From Wolbachia endosymbiont of Dirofilaria (Dirofilaria) immitis (GTDB lineage: Bacteria > Pseudomonadota > Alphaproteobacteria > Rickettsiales > Anaplasmataceae): 32,000 bases of DNA. A model generated the notes under the pieces. That model was given only the letters and a program-made list of their open reading frames with translations. It did not search any database and had not been told where the DNA came from. The position numbers and the translations under genes are program-made. The DNA lies in NCBI RefSeq assembly GCF_013365455.1, contig NZ_CP046578.1, positions 180,001 through 212,000 on the forward strand, written 5' to 3'. This document shows positions 20,518 to 30,484 of the stretch, in pieces. The first letter of the stretch is position 1. Every line of letters starts with the position of its first letter.

Positions 20518-21683
20518 GTTATAATAATTATCCTATTAATTAGCTCTGATTTATTGGATTGAGTTTTGTTTCTATTAGAAAAATCTGCAATCTCGAAAAT
20601 TCTGTTTTTGTCCACTTGTGCAAAGCTGTATGCTAGTACAGGGCTTAAAATTAAATAGTTTGGTTAATCTGACTAACTGTAATAGTAAAAAATTTTTTAA
20701 ATAGCTCCAGACTTTACGTTGTTTGGGATCGATTGGATAGATTGGATAATGGATATTCTTCTTTACCTATAGGCTATTGAATATTCTCAAGCGCGATTGC
20801 TATGCCTTTTCTATAAAATAATTAATTTACTCTGAAAAACATCTGTTTCACTCTGTTCTATGTAATATGGTTATATGATAGACATATGCTTATCGCTTTA
20901 TAATGGGCTGCTAGATTTTTTTTAGCGTAATATTCTGAATAAGATTTCTTTTGTGTTGTCTCTTTATCGGGATTTAGAATTAACATGGTTAGCAATCTTG
21001 TAGCATAGTTATCACTGTCATAGCATGTGCGAATTATTACATGTTAGTAGGTGCATCCATGATGCCTACAATAATTGTAGTAGAGCATTTTTTTCAGTTA
21101 AGAATCCAATTCACTGTGCTATTTTACAAGCCTTGTACTTTGGCACGTTTTTTGCCTCCGTGGTATATAAGTAATTATTCGTGTGCGGCTTATAAGTAAC
21201 ATTTTATCCATCATTATATGCTATTAGCTTCGCTTTAAATTTTCTACTTGCCATATTCAGAGTATAAAGTGTTTGAATAGCATTTTTAGTAATAAATATT
21301 CCTTTTGCTGTCCATTATTCAATAACTTAAGTTAAAACTATGTTATATAGTACCCTTTAACCTACTTAGTGCTTGGGAATAAAATTCTTTTCAATCATAG
21401 TGTGGAATGGTATTATAGTATTGAGTATACAGTTTCATAAAGAACTAGGCAGTGGCACTAAGATTAATGACAATGTTTTTTTGTTACTCAATCTTCATAA
21501 GGCAGCTAGCAATTTTAGAAGTAACTGGATAGTTTAGCATAAATTTAATCAAGTATAATATTTATGTTACGTTACTTTTATACTATGTTGATACAATTTA
21601 GATACACAACAGTTATGGATTGGGCATCTATATGATCTTAACGTAAGGTTTAGGTGGTAGAAAATGCTAGAGATGTAACCATA

Positions 21684-21968
21684 CTATTTTTTTCTGGTAT
21701 TTGTTTTATCACTATTGTTAATCACAGTTATAGCATATGTACATAACTCCGGAAGAGAGATTCCATTTTCTTTAGATAATTTGTGCAATTTTTGAAGGCT
21801 TTCTTTTACTTTACTAGGTATATTACCACCACGTTCCTTTGTAAGCCAGGAATCCTGATGGTGAATCGGATGAGTATCATTTTTTGGGTTTCCTATATAT
21901 ATCGCAAAAGGTGAAGTTTGTCCTCTGAAGTCACATTGCACAGTAAATTTTTTTATAGAGTTAGCCAT
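21684..21968 (-). CDS. conserved hypothetical protein (94 aa); resembles the DUF2610 family as I recall it
   Basis: KKFTVQCDFRGQTSPFAIYIGNPKNDTHPIHHQDSWLTKERGGNIP...SLPELC. Its start overlaps the upstream stop (ATGGCTAA). The family assignment is from memory and needs an HMM search. Confidence 0.6.
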   Translation of the reverse strand: MANSIKKFTVQCDFRGQTSPFAIYIGNPKNDTHPIHHQDSWLTKERGGNIPSKVKESLQKLHKLSKENGISLPELCTYAITVINNSDKTNTRKK

Positions 21969-22341
21969 CTAAAAAACCTCTAATTTTCTTCTTGATTGGT
22001 TTTACAGCTGGTGTAGGAGATAGTTTCCTTATAGAGTCTTGTTTACTGACAACATTTTCTTTGTCTATAAGAAATTGAAGAACGTCAGCTCTACTTAGTT
22101 GTGACTCTTTTGCTACTTTCATTCCATATTTTGCCATAATGTTAGCATGTGCTAGCACTTTTTTTGCTAATTCTAGGTCACCGTTCAGCATTTGAACTAG
22201 TGCTTGAAATACCTCCACTAAAGTTAGCCCATCAGTGCTTATAACTTTGTTTTTTGCAAAATTGGTAATTTCCTCGAGTTTATACTCAACACTGTCATCT
22301 GGGTTTATGGAAGTAGTGTGATTAATATCCTGATCATTCAT
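21961..22341 (-). CDS. hypothetical protein (126 aa): acidic N-terminus, helical core, basic C-terminus
   Basis: Clean ORF, translationally coupled to the downstream 94-aa gene. I recognise no motif. Confidence 0.55.
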   Translation of the reverse strand: MNDQDINHTTSINPDDSVEYKLEEITNFAKNKVISTDGLTLVEVFQALVQMLNGDLELAKKVLAHANIMAKYGMKVAKESQLSRADVLQFLIDKENVVSKQDSIRKLSPTPAVKPIKKKIRGFLDG

Positions 22342-22445
22342 AATTAAAGTACTATTGTTAGTAAGCTTTTAAGTTTATACTATACATGTAAATTACTCTA
22401 CTAATTTGTATTGTGGCACATGATAATTAAACATTTATTAATGAT

Positions 22446-23489
22446 ATGCTCTCTTATATATGTAAATTAATTGATAAAAACCGAGGGTCAATACCTATTA
22501 GTGATTTCATGGGTGCTGTTCTATACCATAAAAAATATGGCTATTACATGAGTAGATCACCACTTGGTAAGAATGGTGATTTTATCACGGCGCCTGAAAT
22601 CAGTCAATTATTCGGTGAAATAATTGCAGTTTGGGTAATGTATACATGGGAGAAATTAGGAAAGCCACTAAAATTTTCTCTAGTTGAACTTGGACCAGGT
22701 AAAGGAACACTTATTTATGATATAGTAAGGGTCACTAAAAAACATAGTAGTTTTTTTAGATCAATGGCCATTCACCTGGTTGAAATTAGTCCTACTTTAC
22801 AAAGGATGCAGAAGGAAAAATTAAAAGAGTTAAATATTGATTGGCACATAGATGTTAATAACTTGCCGAGGCAGCCAACTATTTTTTTAGCAAATGAATT
22901 CTTTGATGCCTTTCCTATAGATCAATTTATATATCATAATGGTGGGTGGTATGAGAATAGAGTAACAAGGCAGGATGATAAGGTATCATTTCAGTGTTTG
23001 ATGTTAGAATCTAGAAGGAAAAAATCGTGTATTCCAGTATTAGCTACTCAGGTGACAAATGGGAAACTTTTTGATGGTGCAGTGGTGGAAATATGTTCAG
23101 CTGGAATTAAAATACTAAAGAGACTTGAAGAAAAAATAGTTAATGATGGAGGAGCTGCCATAATTATAGATTATGGCTATGTATATCCTACATATAAAAG
23201 CACTTTACAGTCTATAGGACAACATAAGTATTCCAATTTTCTTGAAAATGTTGGTAATAATGATATTACTGCACTTGTGAATTTTCAAGCATTAAAGAGC
23301 TCATTAAAATATGTAGACTGTGAAATTTTAACTCAAAGAGAATTTTTATATCTTTTTGGTATAAAAGAAAGGGTGCAAGTTTTAATGGGAAATTCAGATA
23401 ATGAACAGAAGAATAGAATCTTTAGTGAGTTTTTAAGGTTAACTGAAAATATGGGCACTCTCTTTAAGGTAATGTTAATTAATAATTAG
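22446..23489 (+). CDS. class I SAM-dependent methyltransferase, NDUFAF7/MidA (DUF185) family
   Basis: FMGAVLYHKKYGYY, GDFITAPEISQLFGE, ELGPGKGTL and ANEFFDAFPI are DUF185/MidA hallmarks. It contains an in-frame repeat insert at about 22983-23062. Confidence 0.82.
   Translation: MLSYICKLIDKNRGSIPISDFMGAVLYHKKYGYYMSRSPLGKNGDFITAPEISQLFGEIIAVWVMYTWEKLGKPLKFSLVELGPGKGTLIYDIVRVTKKHSSFFRSMAIHLVEISPTLQRMQKEKLKELNIDWHIDVNNLPRQPTIFLANEFFDAFPIDQFIYHNGGWYENRVTRQDDKVSFQCLMLESRRKKSCIPVLATQVTNGKLFDGAVVEICSAGIKILKRLEEKIVNDGGAAIIIDYGYVYPTYKSTLQSIGQHKYSNFLENVGNNDITALVNFQALKSSLKYVDCEILTQREFLYLFGIKERVQVLMGNSDNEQKNRIFSEFLRLTENMGTLFKVMLINN
22983..23062 (+). repeat. in-frame palindromic repeat element inside the NDUFAF7-like gene (encodes VSFQCLMLESRRKKSCIPVLATQVTNG)
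   Basis: The ungapped alignment of 22983-23057 with 27090-27164 (pccA) has 52 of 75 identical bases. Both start at codon phase 0. An internal arm gatgttagaat (23000-23010) can pair with attccagtatt (23031-23041). Confidence 0.8.
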
Positions 23490-23522
23490 TTAATATTTTA
23501 TATACTTAAAAAGTGGTGTCAG

Positions 23523-24884
23523 CTACAGTTTCTGTAACCTTTTTATACACTCATCTCTACCAAGAGTTATCATTATATCAATGATTTTAGGTGCATTCAT
23601 TGTTCCGGTTATGGGGGCACGTAATGAGTGGTACACATTACTTATTTTAATATCATATAACTTTGAAAACTCTTTGATCTGAGAGGATAGAAAGTTCTTG
23701 TTCCAGTTTTTATCACTAATGTTCGAAAGGAATGATACAAGTAACTTGATTATATCAAGGTTAGATTTAATGATTTGCTTGGCTTCTTCGTTTAAATTAA
23801 GTGGTGGATCTTGAATATAAAACTGTGCTAAATCCAATAATTCGTTTAGGTAGCTTGCTCTTTTTTTTAGTTCTGTTAATCCATGTAGTAAGTAATTCTT
23901 TTTTTTGTTGGTTAGAGTTTTTTTTCTAAGAATTAGAGCAATAATATCTGTATTACTCATATTATTAATATAATACTTGTTTAAGTACTCTAGCTTTTTA
24001 AAATCGAGGCGCGCAGGTGAACGACCAATGTTTTCCAAATTGAACCACTTTATTGCCTGCTCACTATTGATGATTTCATCGTTCCTATGACTCCAGCCAA
24101 GTCTAAGTAAGTAATTACGCATTGCCTCCGGCAATATTCCCATTTTTTCGTAGTCACAAATACTTATTGCTCCATGCCTTTTGGATAGCTTATTTCCATC
24201 CTCCTGATAAATTAATGGTACATGCGCAAAATGTGGAACATCAAAATCAAGAGCTTGGTATATCAGTAATTGTTTAAAAGTATTAGTGAGATGATCAGAA
24301 CCACGTATTATATCAGTTATTCCAGCATCATGATCATCAACCACTACAGCAAAAATATAAGTTGGAGTGTTGTCAGAGCGTAAAATTACTATGTCATCAA
24401 GTTGGTTGCTATTTACTTTAATTTGACCATATATTCTATCGTTAACAACGATATCTTGTGAATCTGGTACTTTAAATCGGATAACAGGCTTTACATTTGA
24501 TGTTACATTGAAACATCTATGCTTGTATATCTTTCTTTCCTCTCTTGCTTTTGCCTTCTTTTCTGCAACTTTATCCTCGGGGCAATAACAATGATACGCT
24601 TTATCTCTTTTGACTAAAAGATTTGCGACTTCAATGTGCCGCTCTATTCTTTTTGATTGGTATATTATTTCCCCATCGTAACTCATATCGAGCCATTTCA
24701 ATCCGTCTATTATTGTATTAATTGCCTCTTGTGTTGAGCGTTTTCTGTCGGTGTCCTCGATCCTTAATAAAAATTTACCGCCATGATGCTTTGCATAGAG
24801 CCAATTGAATAAAGCAGTGCGAGCTCCACCAATGTGTAAATAACCCGTTGGCGATGGGGCAAATCTAGTGACTATGTTTGGCAT
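23523..24884 (-). CDS. gltX: glutamyl-tRNA synthetase
   Basis: RFAPSPTGYLHIGGARTALFN (HIGH), LRIEDTD and KLSKRHG (KMSKS) are present. Confidence 0.93.
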   Translation of the reverse strand: MPNIVTRFAPSPTGYLHIGGARTALFNWLYAKHHGGKFLLRIEDTDRKRSTQEAINTIIDGLKWLDMSYDGEIIYQSKRIERHIEVANLLVKRDKAYHCYCPEDKVAEKKAKAREERKIYKHRCFNVTSNVKPVIRFKVPDSQDIVVNDRIYGQIKVNSNQLDDIVILRSDNTPTYIFAVVVDDHDAGITDIIRGSDHLTNTFKQLLIYQALDFDVPHFAHVPLIYQEDGNKLSKRHGAISICDYEKMGILPEAMRNYLLRLGWSHRNDEIINSEQAIKWFNLENIGRSPARLDFKKLEYLNKYYINNMSNTDIIALILRKKTLTNKKKNYLLHGLTELKKRASYLNELLDLAQFYIQDPPLNLNEEAKQIIKSNLDIIKLLVSFLSNISDKNWNKNFLSSQIKEFSKLYDIKISNVYHSLRAPITGTMNAPKIIDIMITLGRDECIKRLQKL

Positions 24885-25472
24885 GTTTGTCTATTACAGC
24901 AATGTGAGTGATTGTAGCTAAAGTTCATGATTATAACAATTTAGAATTTATTTATTTTGAAAGGCAAAAGTGTTTTATCTAAAGCTATAGGAAAAGAAGA
25001 TAAAGATTAGGAAGAAGTAGAAAGATTAAAGGGTAAAGGGAGGATATATAAAAAATACTCGTGGGTAAAGGTTATATTAAGAATAATTAGAGAGTAATGG
25101 TAACACCTCTTTGTTTATTAGGTCTTGTAAAGAACGGAAGAAAGTTAGGTGAGCTATGTGAGCTATAGGCGTAGAAAGTAACTTAATATGTGATAAGAAA
25201 TTTTGTTTGTGTTTATCCTTGTGCTTTTTATTTTTTTTGGTTCTCAATCTCTCTTACATTAGCCTTAGTAGCTGTAGTAGCTTCTAGATAATCTACTTAT
25301 CTATTGTTTATGGCATGTAACAAGATATATGGTTTATATTATGAAAATAATATAATATCAGGTTCTAGTATTGTACAATTTTTAAAGAGTGGTTTAGCTA
25401 TGACATAGGTTAGAAATCACTTAAGATGATAATATGGAAATTTGCTTTCTTAATTCAAGGAAGTAAACTTGT

Positions 25473-27755
25473 ATGATGACAGAAAGAAAGTATTGTAAAA
25501 TTTTAATAGCAAATAGGGGAGAAGTTGCCTGTAGGATCATTAAAACTGCCCATAGGGTGGGTATATCTTGTGTGTGCGTGTATTCAGATGCAGATATAAA
25601 TTCTGTACATGTAAGACAAGCAGATGAGTCGAGATACATTGGCCCTTCGCCTTCTTGCTTGAGTTATTTGAACATTAAAAAGATATGTGAAGCAGCAGTT
25701 GAAGTAGGTGCACAGGCAGTTCACCCTGGTTATGGATTTTTGGCAGAAAATCCAGATTTTCCACGTGCTCTGCAAAGACATAATATAGATTTTATTGGCC
25801 CGAGTGCAGAAACAATAGAAGTGATAGCTAATAAAATAACAGCAAAAGAAGCAGCAAAAAGGGCTGGGGTCAATGCTGTACCAGGGTATATAGGCAAGGT
25901 CAATGATGCTGCCCATGCAGCTCGTGTTGCTGAAGAAATTGGATTCCCTGTTATACTAAAAGCTGCTTTAGGTGGTGGTGGTAAAGGCATGCGAGTTGTG
26001 AGCTCCAAGAGGGAAATTGAATTAGCATTTATATCAGCAACAAACGAAGCAGAGAAAAGTTTTAAGGATGGGAGTATTTTCATAGAGAAGTATATAGAGT
26101 TATCGCGGCATATTGAAATACAGATCATAGCAGATAAATATGGGAATGTAATATGTCTTGGAGAAAGAGAGTGTTCGGTACAAAGAAATAATCAGAAAAT
26201 AATAGAAGAGACTCCAAGTCCGTTTATTAGTGAAAGGGTAAGACAGGGAATGTATGCCCAATGTGTTTCTTTGGCAAAGCAAGTAGGTTATTTTTCAGCA
26301 GGTACTGTTGAGTTTATTGTAGATAAAGATCAAAATTTCTATTTTCTTGAAGTAAATACTAGGTTGCAAGTTGAGCACCCAGTAACAGAGTTTGTAACCG
26401 GAGTAGATATAGTAGAAGAAATGATAAGAACTTCCTGTGGGGAAAAATTAAGGTTCAATCAAGATGATATTAAACTTACTGGATCTGCTATAGAAAGCAG
26501 AATTTGTGCTGAAGACCCATCGAAAAAATTTTTCCCTTCTAGCGGAAGAATAAAGTATTATGATAAGCCGGATGAAAATTTTTCTATATGTCCCCCTATT
26601 GTTTCAGTATCAAACACTGCAATCCAGGAAAAAAGTGAGTTAGTTTCAACATTGCATGCTGGAATGGGTAGCACTATTGGCTTTTCATCAAAGCAATTGC
26701 TGTGTAAGGAGTCCAATAACTTTCTAAGGATAGATGATGGAGTTGCTGCAGGCTCAGAGATTAGCATGTTCTATGATTCAATGATTACAAAAGTGATAAC
26801 ATATGGAAAAGATAGAATAGAGGCAATCGGCAGGATGCAAAAAGCGTTGTCTGAATGTTATATAGAAGGAGTAGCAAATAATGTAGAATTTCTGGAATCC
26901 ATCTTTCATCATCCAAATTTTGTTGCAGCAAAACTTCACACAAGATTCATTTCAGACCATTATCCGAATGGGTTTCACGGTGACTTTATTACAGAAGAAT
27001 ATATTAAGATATTTATTTTTGCTGTACTATATGTTCATTTAGAAAATGAGGAAAGGTGCTATTATAGAGCAGTGAATGAAACATCTCTAGTGTCATTTAG
27101 GCATATGATGCTAGAATCTACAAAGAGAGAAGAATTGGTTTCAGCATCGGCTGCTCGGGTGACACCTTGTGGTGTTGGAATGACGCTCAGTAATATTGGG
27201 GCAATATCTAATAGTAGTGGAGTTATAGACAGACGTGCAAGAGATTTATTTATAGTGAAAGTAAATGGCAGCGAGTACTCCATAAATGCGAAGTATCAAA
27301 ATAACATATTAACAACGGTATATAATCACAATATATACTCTGTAATAGGTAAGTGGAAATTAAGTTATAGATTACTATGTATCACAATTAATGATGACAC
27401 TAGTATAACACTTAGAGTAGAAAGACAAGGCAGTAAACACTTTATAAGACATGCTGGAATGCAAGCTGAGTGTTCTGTATTTAAGCCTCATATAGCTAAC
27501 TTAAGTAAATTTATGCTGAGTCATGAAACAGAAATAGTGACAGTAGATGCTGTAAAATCTCCAATATCTGGTTTATTAGTTAAGTTATGCATGAATGTAG
27601 GAGATCGGGTAAGGGTAGGACAACCTTTATTTGTTGTGGAAGCGATGAAAATGGAGAATATTATATGTGCTGAATCAGAAATGGTTATAAAAAATATTCC
27701 CGTTCAGGAAGGAAAGAATGTACAGGTTGGTGATGTGGTCTGCTTTCTTAAATAG
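25473..27755 (+). CDS. pccA: propionyl-CoA (acyl-CoA) carboxylase alpha subunit: biotin carboxylase plus BCCP domains
   Basis: [17 protein letters not shown]-grasp [10 protein letters not shown] and [14 protein letters not shown] are present, with the C-terminal biotinylation motif EAMKMEN. At 760 aa it is about 95 aa longer than the roughly 660-aa proteins I know. The excess lies in two repeat-derived inserts. Confidence 0.93.
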   Translation: MMTERKYCKILIANRGEVACRIIKTAHRVGISCVCVYSDADINSVHVRQADESRYIGPSPSCLSYLNIKKICEAAVEVGAQAVHPGYGFLAENPDFPRALQRHNIDFIGPSAETIEVIANKITAKEAAKRAGVNAVPGYIGKVNDAAHAARVAEEIGFPVILKAALGGGGKGMRVVSSKREIELAFISATNEAEKSFKDGSIFIEKYIELSRHIEIQIIADKYGNVICLGERECSVQRNNQKIIEETPSPFISERVRQGMYAQCVSLAKQVGYFSAGTVEFIVDKDQNFYFLEVNTRLQVEHPVTEFVTGVDIVEEMIRTSCGEKLRFNQDDIKLTGSAIESRICAEDPSKKFFPSSGRIKYYDKPDENFSICPPIVSVSNTAIQEKSELVSTLHAGMGSTIGFSSKQLLCKESNNFLRIDDGVAAGSEISMFYDSMITKVITYGKDRIEAIGRMQKALSECYIEGVANNVEFLESIFHHPNFVAAKLHTRFISDHYPNGFHGDFITEEYIKIFIFAVLYVHLENEERCYYRAVNETSLVSFRHMMLESTKREELVSASAARVTPCGVGMTLSNIGAISNSSGVIDRRARDLFIVKVNGSEYSINAKYQNNILTTVYNHNIYSVIGKWKLSYRLLCITINDDTSITLRVERQGSKHFIRHAGMQAECSVFKPHIANLSKFMLSHETEIVTVDAVKSPISGLLVKLCMNVGDRVRVGQPLFVVEAMKMENIICAESEMVIKNIPVQEGKNVQVGDVVCFLK
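26578..26720 (+). repeat. in-frame repeat insert 1 in pccA (about 47 codons: ..[46 protein letters not shown]..)
   Basis: It interrupts the conserved Y-x-x-P...(V/L)R-x-D-x-GV segment of biotin carboxylase. It contains two sub-copies, gtttcagtatcaaacactgcaatccagg and gtttcaacattgcatgctggaatggg, related to gtttcagcatcggctgctcgggtgaca of insert 2. The boundaries are approximate. Confidence 0.65.
27084..27230 (+). repeat. in-frame repeat insert 2 in pccA (..[48 protein letters not shown]..)
   Basis: It shares 52 of 75 bases with the NDUFAF7-gene copy in an ungapped alignment. It has hairpin potential: 27090-27095 pairs with 27160-27165, and 27107-27118 pairs with 27137-27148 (9 Watson-Crick pairs, 2 GU pairs, 1 mismatch). 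The boundaries are approximate. Confidence 0.75.
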
Positions 27756-28975
27756 CATAAAAAATATAAACCTGATCCAAATAAGATAAATGAAAACATT
27801 TGATGGGCAACGGCAACGGCTATTGGTATATACAATAATAAAGTAATTATCCCTAGAATTACCTGAATGATAACGGAGAGTAGCATAATATATACTGATT
27901 TTACACTAGTGTTTTTTATTGCAAGTATTATTGTTAAAACTAATATCAGCAGTGCTAGTGCTCGATGTATAAATTGCATTGTCGCTCTGTTCTCAAAGAT
28001 ATTAAGCCATATTGGTTGCAATGAAAATAAATCTTCTGGGATGATTTGTCCGTTCATTAGTGGAAAGGTATTATAAATTAAACCAGCATTTGATCCTGCA
28101 ACAAAAGCGCCGAAGATTATTTGTATAGTAACTAGAGTTAGAATGAGCATTGTGTAATATATGCTACAATTAGTAAACTGAGATTCTGTCATTCTAGTAC
28201 ATAATACACAACTGTATGGATACTTGCTTTTAAAAGTAAATTGCATAGTAAATGGTGTTATTTCAGTACTTAGTACTGGAGTCCAGCTTTCACTATACGG
28301 CTGCTTGATATGTGCGTTTAAGGTTAAGTTTTCTGGATTCCAGTATCTGGTTATTGAGATGGCATCTTTCTTAGTGAAAATTGCTCTTATATTATAGTGT
28401 TTGTACAAGTGTGTACATAACACTGGGATCCATATTTGGTAATCAAAAAATTGGTATAATAGTAATGCAAAGATAACTAATGCTAACAGCAAGTGAAGTG
28501 CAAGCCTGTAGTGACTAACACATGGTTTAGATACCAAGCCACTTTTAACCATATACCAACCGGCAAGGGCTTGTAACACTCCAAACGATAGTGCTATAGA
28601 TAGCCTTATTACTGCCTTTTTAGATATTCTCTTTTTCAGCAGAAAATATATAAATGGCAGAGCGAAGACTAAACCTATTAGTCTTGCAACCAATCTATGT
28701 ATATATTCTATTAGATATATAGTACGAAACTCTTTCATGCTGATGCCATAGTTAAGTATTTTATATTCAGGTGTGACCTCATATTTTAATTTTTCTTGTA
28801 GCCAATCTTGTTCACTTAGTGGCAGTAATACTCCAGCAAGTGGTTTCCATTCCGTGATTGATAATCCTGCTTTTGAAAGTCTTGTGAACCCACCAATTCC
28901 CACCGTGAAAATCACCATAATAGAGCAGAGCAAGAGCCAAATGATTACGGATTTTGATTGCTTTTGTTCCATCAT
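27704..28975 (-). CDS. ctaA: heme A synthase (COX15/CtaA family)
   Basis: [18 protein letters not shown]...[19 protein letters not shown], HRxxA histidine motifs ([16 protein letters not shown]) and AHQ are present. A central insert of about 91 aa is absent from the CtaA architecture I know. The 3' end overlaps the pccA 3' end by 52 nt. Confidence 0.88.
   Translation of the reverse strand: MMEQKQSKSVIIWLLLCSIMVIFTVGIGGFTRLSKAGLSITEWKPLAGVLLPLSEQDWLQEKLKYEVTPEYKILNYGISMKEFRTIYLIEYIHRLVARLIGLVFALPFIYFLLKKRISKKAVIRLSIALSFGVLQALAGWYMVKSGLVSKPCVSHYRLALHLLLALVIFALLLYQFFDYQIWIPVLCTHLYKHYNIRAIFTKKDAISITRYWNPENLTLNAHIKQPYSESWTPVLSTEITPFTMQFTFKSKYPYSCVLCTRMTESQFTNCSIYYTMLILTLVTIQIIFGAFVAGSNAGLIYNTFPLMNGQIIPEDLFSLQPIWLNIFENRATMQFIHRALALLILVLTIILAIKNTSVKSVYIMLLSVIIQVILGIITLLLYIPIAVAVAHQMFSFILFGSGLYFLCYLRKQTTSPTCTFFPS
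28163..28435 (-). repeat. composite in-frame repeat insert in ctaA (about 91 codons, at least three core copies)
   Basis: The core peptides are [11 protein letters not shown] (28403-28435), [10 protein letters not shown] (28256-28285) and [11 protein letters not shown] (28181-28213). They parallel SCIPVLATQVT of the NDUFAF7-gene copy. The nucleotide cores tggatcccagtgttatgtacac and tggactccagtactaagtactg resemble tgtattccagtattagctactc. Confidence 0.7.
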
Positions 28976-30484
28976 TATTGAAGATGAGTAATAAGTTTCT
29001 GCAAAACGAGGAAATTTGTAATATTATGTGTTTGATTATAGACAGGAGAAAATATCTATACTATATAAAAATATAAGGTATCTTTTATTGATTGACGGTT
29101 ATTATCAAAAGAGTTAAGTTGGTAACTTATGCTATTATAAAATAATACAAAAATAATTTGTTTAAAATATGAGTTAACATTAATAAGAGTAATAAAGATG
29201 GAGTAGTTGGAAGTATAAAAGTGTAGAACTGGTGAAGAGTTTCAATAGCAAAATTCCTTCAAGTTAAGTATGTTTGTAAAGTGGCATTATCATTTTTAAA
29301 TGGATAATGTAAATTTATATATAACCTTTGATTCGGTATATTCTTTGCTTAATTCAAACAAGTACAACAGTTGGTAATTTTCCAATATTTCCAAATTAGT
29401 GATTTTGGTTCTATATCTCATTTGTGTAAGTCTCAAATCTAGATTAGCATATTCAGTAATATTATGAACGTTATAGAAAAGTACTTTCCTTAAAGTTTTC
29501 ACTGCAAAAATGTTTGTTTCTACTGCCTAGAGATAATGATATATTCATTTTCGAATAAGTGAAATGTTGAAACTAGTTTTATATTTTAGGGAAGAGATTT
29601 CATAAGAAAATTGAGGCTATAATTGTAGTAATTTAACCTTACCTGCCGCGCAGGCTGACTTATCCTTTATTAGATTCAATTAGTGTTTTCTCGATTATAA
29701 TGGATCTGGCTTGTTACTTAAGTCGTATATTACCACACACTTTTTTCTGGTAAAGTTCATGTTATAATTGTATAACTTAGTTTCCATTTTAGGTAGTAAT
29801 GAAACACTTTTATTACTTTAGAATATTACGGTAAAGTATATTTTTTCTGTCAAAAACTTTACATCTAATTTTGTTGGATAATTTGAACTTTTAATGTTTC
29901 AATTAATTGTTATATTACTGTACTATTCTTTGAATAATAGTCAACAAAGTGTTGTATGTGTAGAAAAAACCCTTTTCGTTTAATTTATTACAATCTATTT
30001 TGTGGTTGAAAATCACGTATAAGCTAAAAATTATAGTTATGAATTTAGATAATAGTTAGAACATCCAACTGCAAATGAAATATTAAAGCAAAGTATATGT
30101 ACTTCTCTATCATGATTAAAATTGGAGCTGTAACAAAAAAGAAGCGGGAAATATTGCATTTAGTTAATGCTCTTAGGTGAGAGATTATGATTTTTGAATG
30201 TAAATAGTTACCTGTAGATTCTGAAGTGTTAAAGGTATAGGTTAAGGAAATCTCAGACTTGTCTATCACTTATAATGCGCAGGTATATCATAATGAACCT
30301 TAACTCAAGGATTGCTATCTCGACTTTGTGCTTTCAACCATAAAAAATAGCATTGTTTAATTTTTGCTAAGTAACTGTACTTATAATAGAGAAGATTTTT
30401 TTACTCTTGATGTAAGCTGAAATCAAACTCGATTTTTTTCTATATTGCGCTCTATATCGCTGGTAGAAAATCATTGTATTAAAT

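Noticed and set aside
20731-20755. Short tandem repeats (gattggata x2 plus atggata here, and gatatatg x2 at 8703-8718) considered as CRISPR or VNTR
   Set aside because: There are only 2 to 3 units with no spacers and no cas genes, so this is not a CRISPR array. It is at most a trivial microsatellite-like slip.
25421-27283. Minus-strand ORFs overlapping pccA (25421..25639, 25584..25916, 25730..26128, 26100..26282, 26558..26767, 27062..27283)
   Set aside because: All are antisense to the well-supported pccA frame, and none has a recognisable motif.
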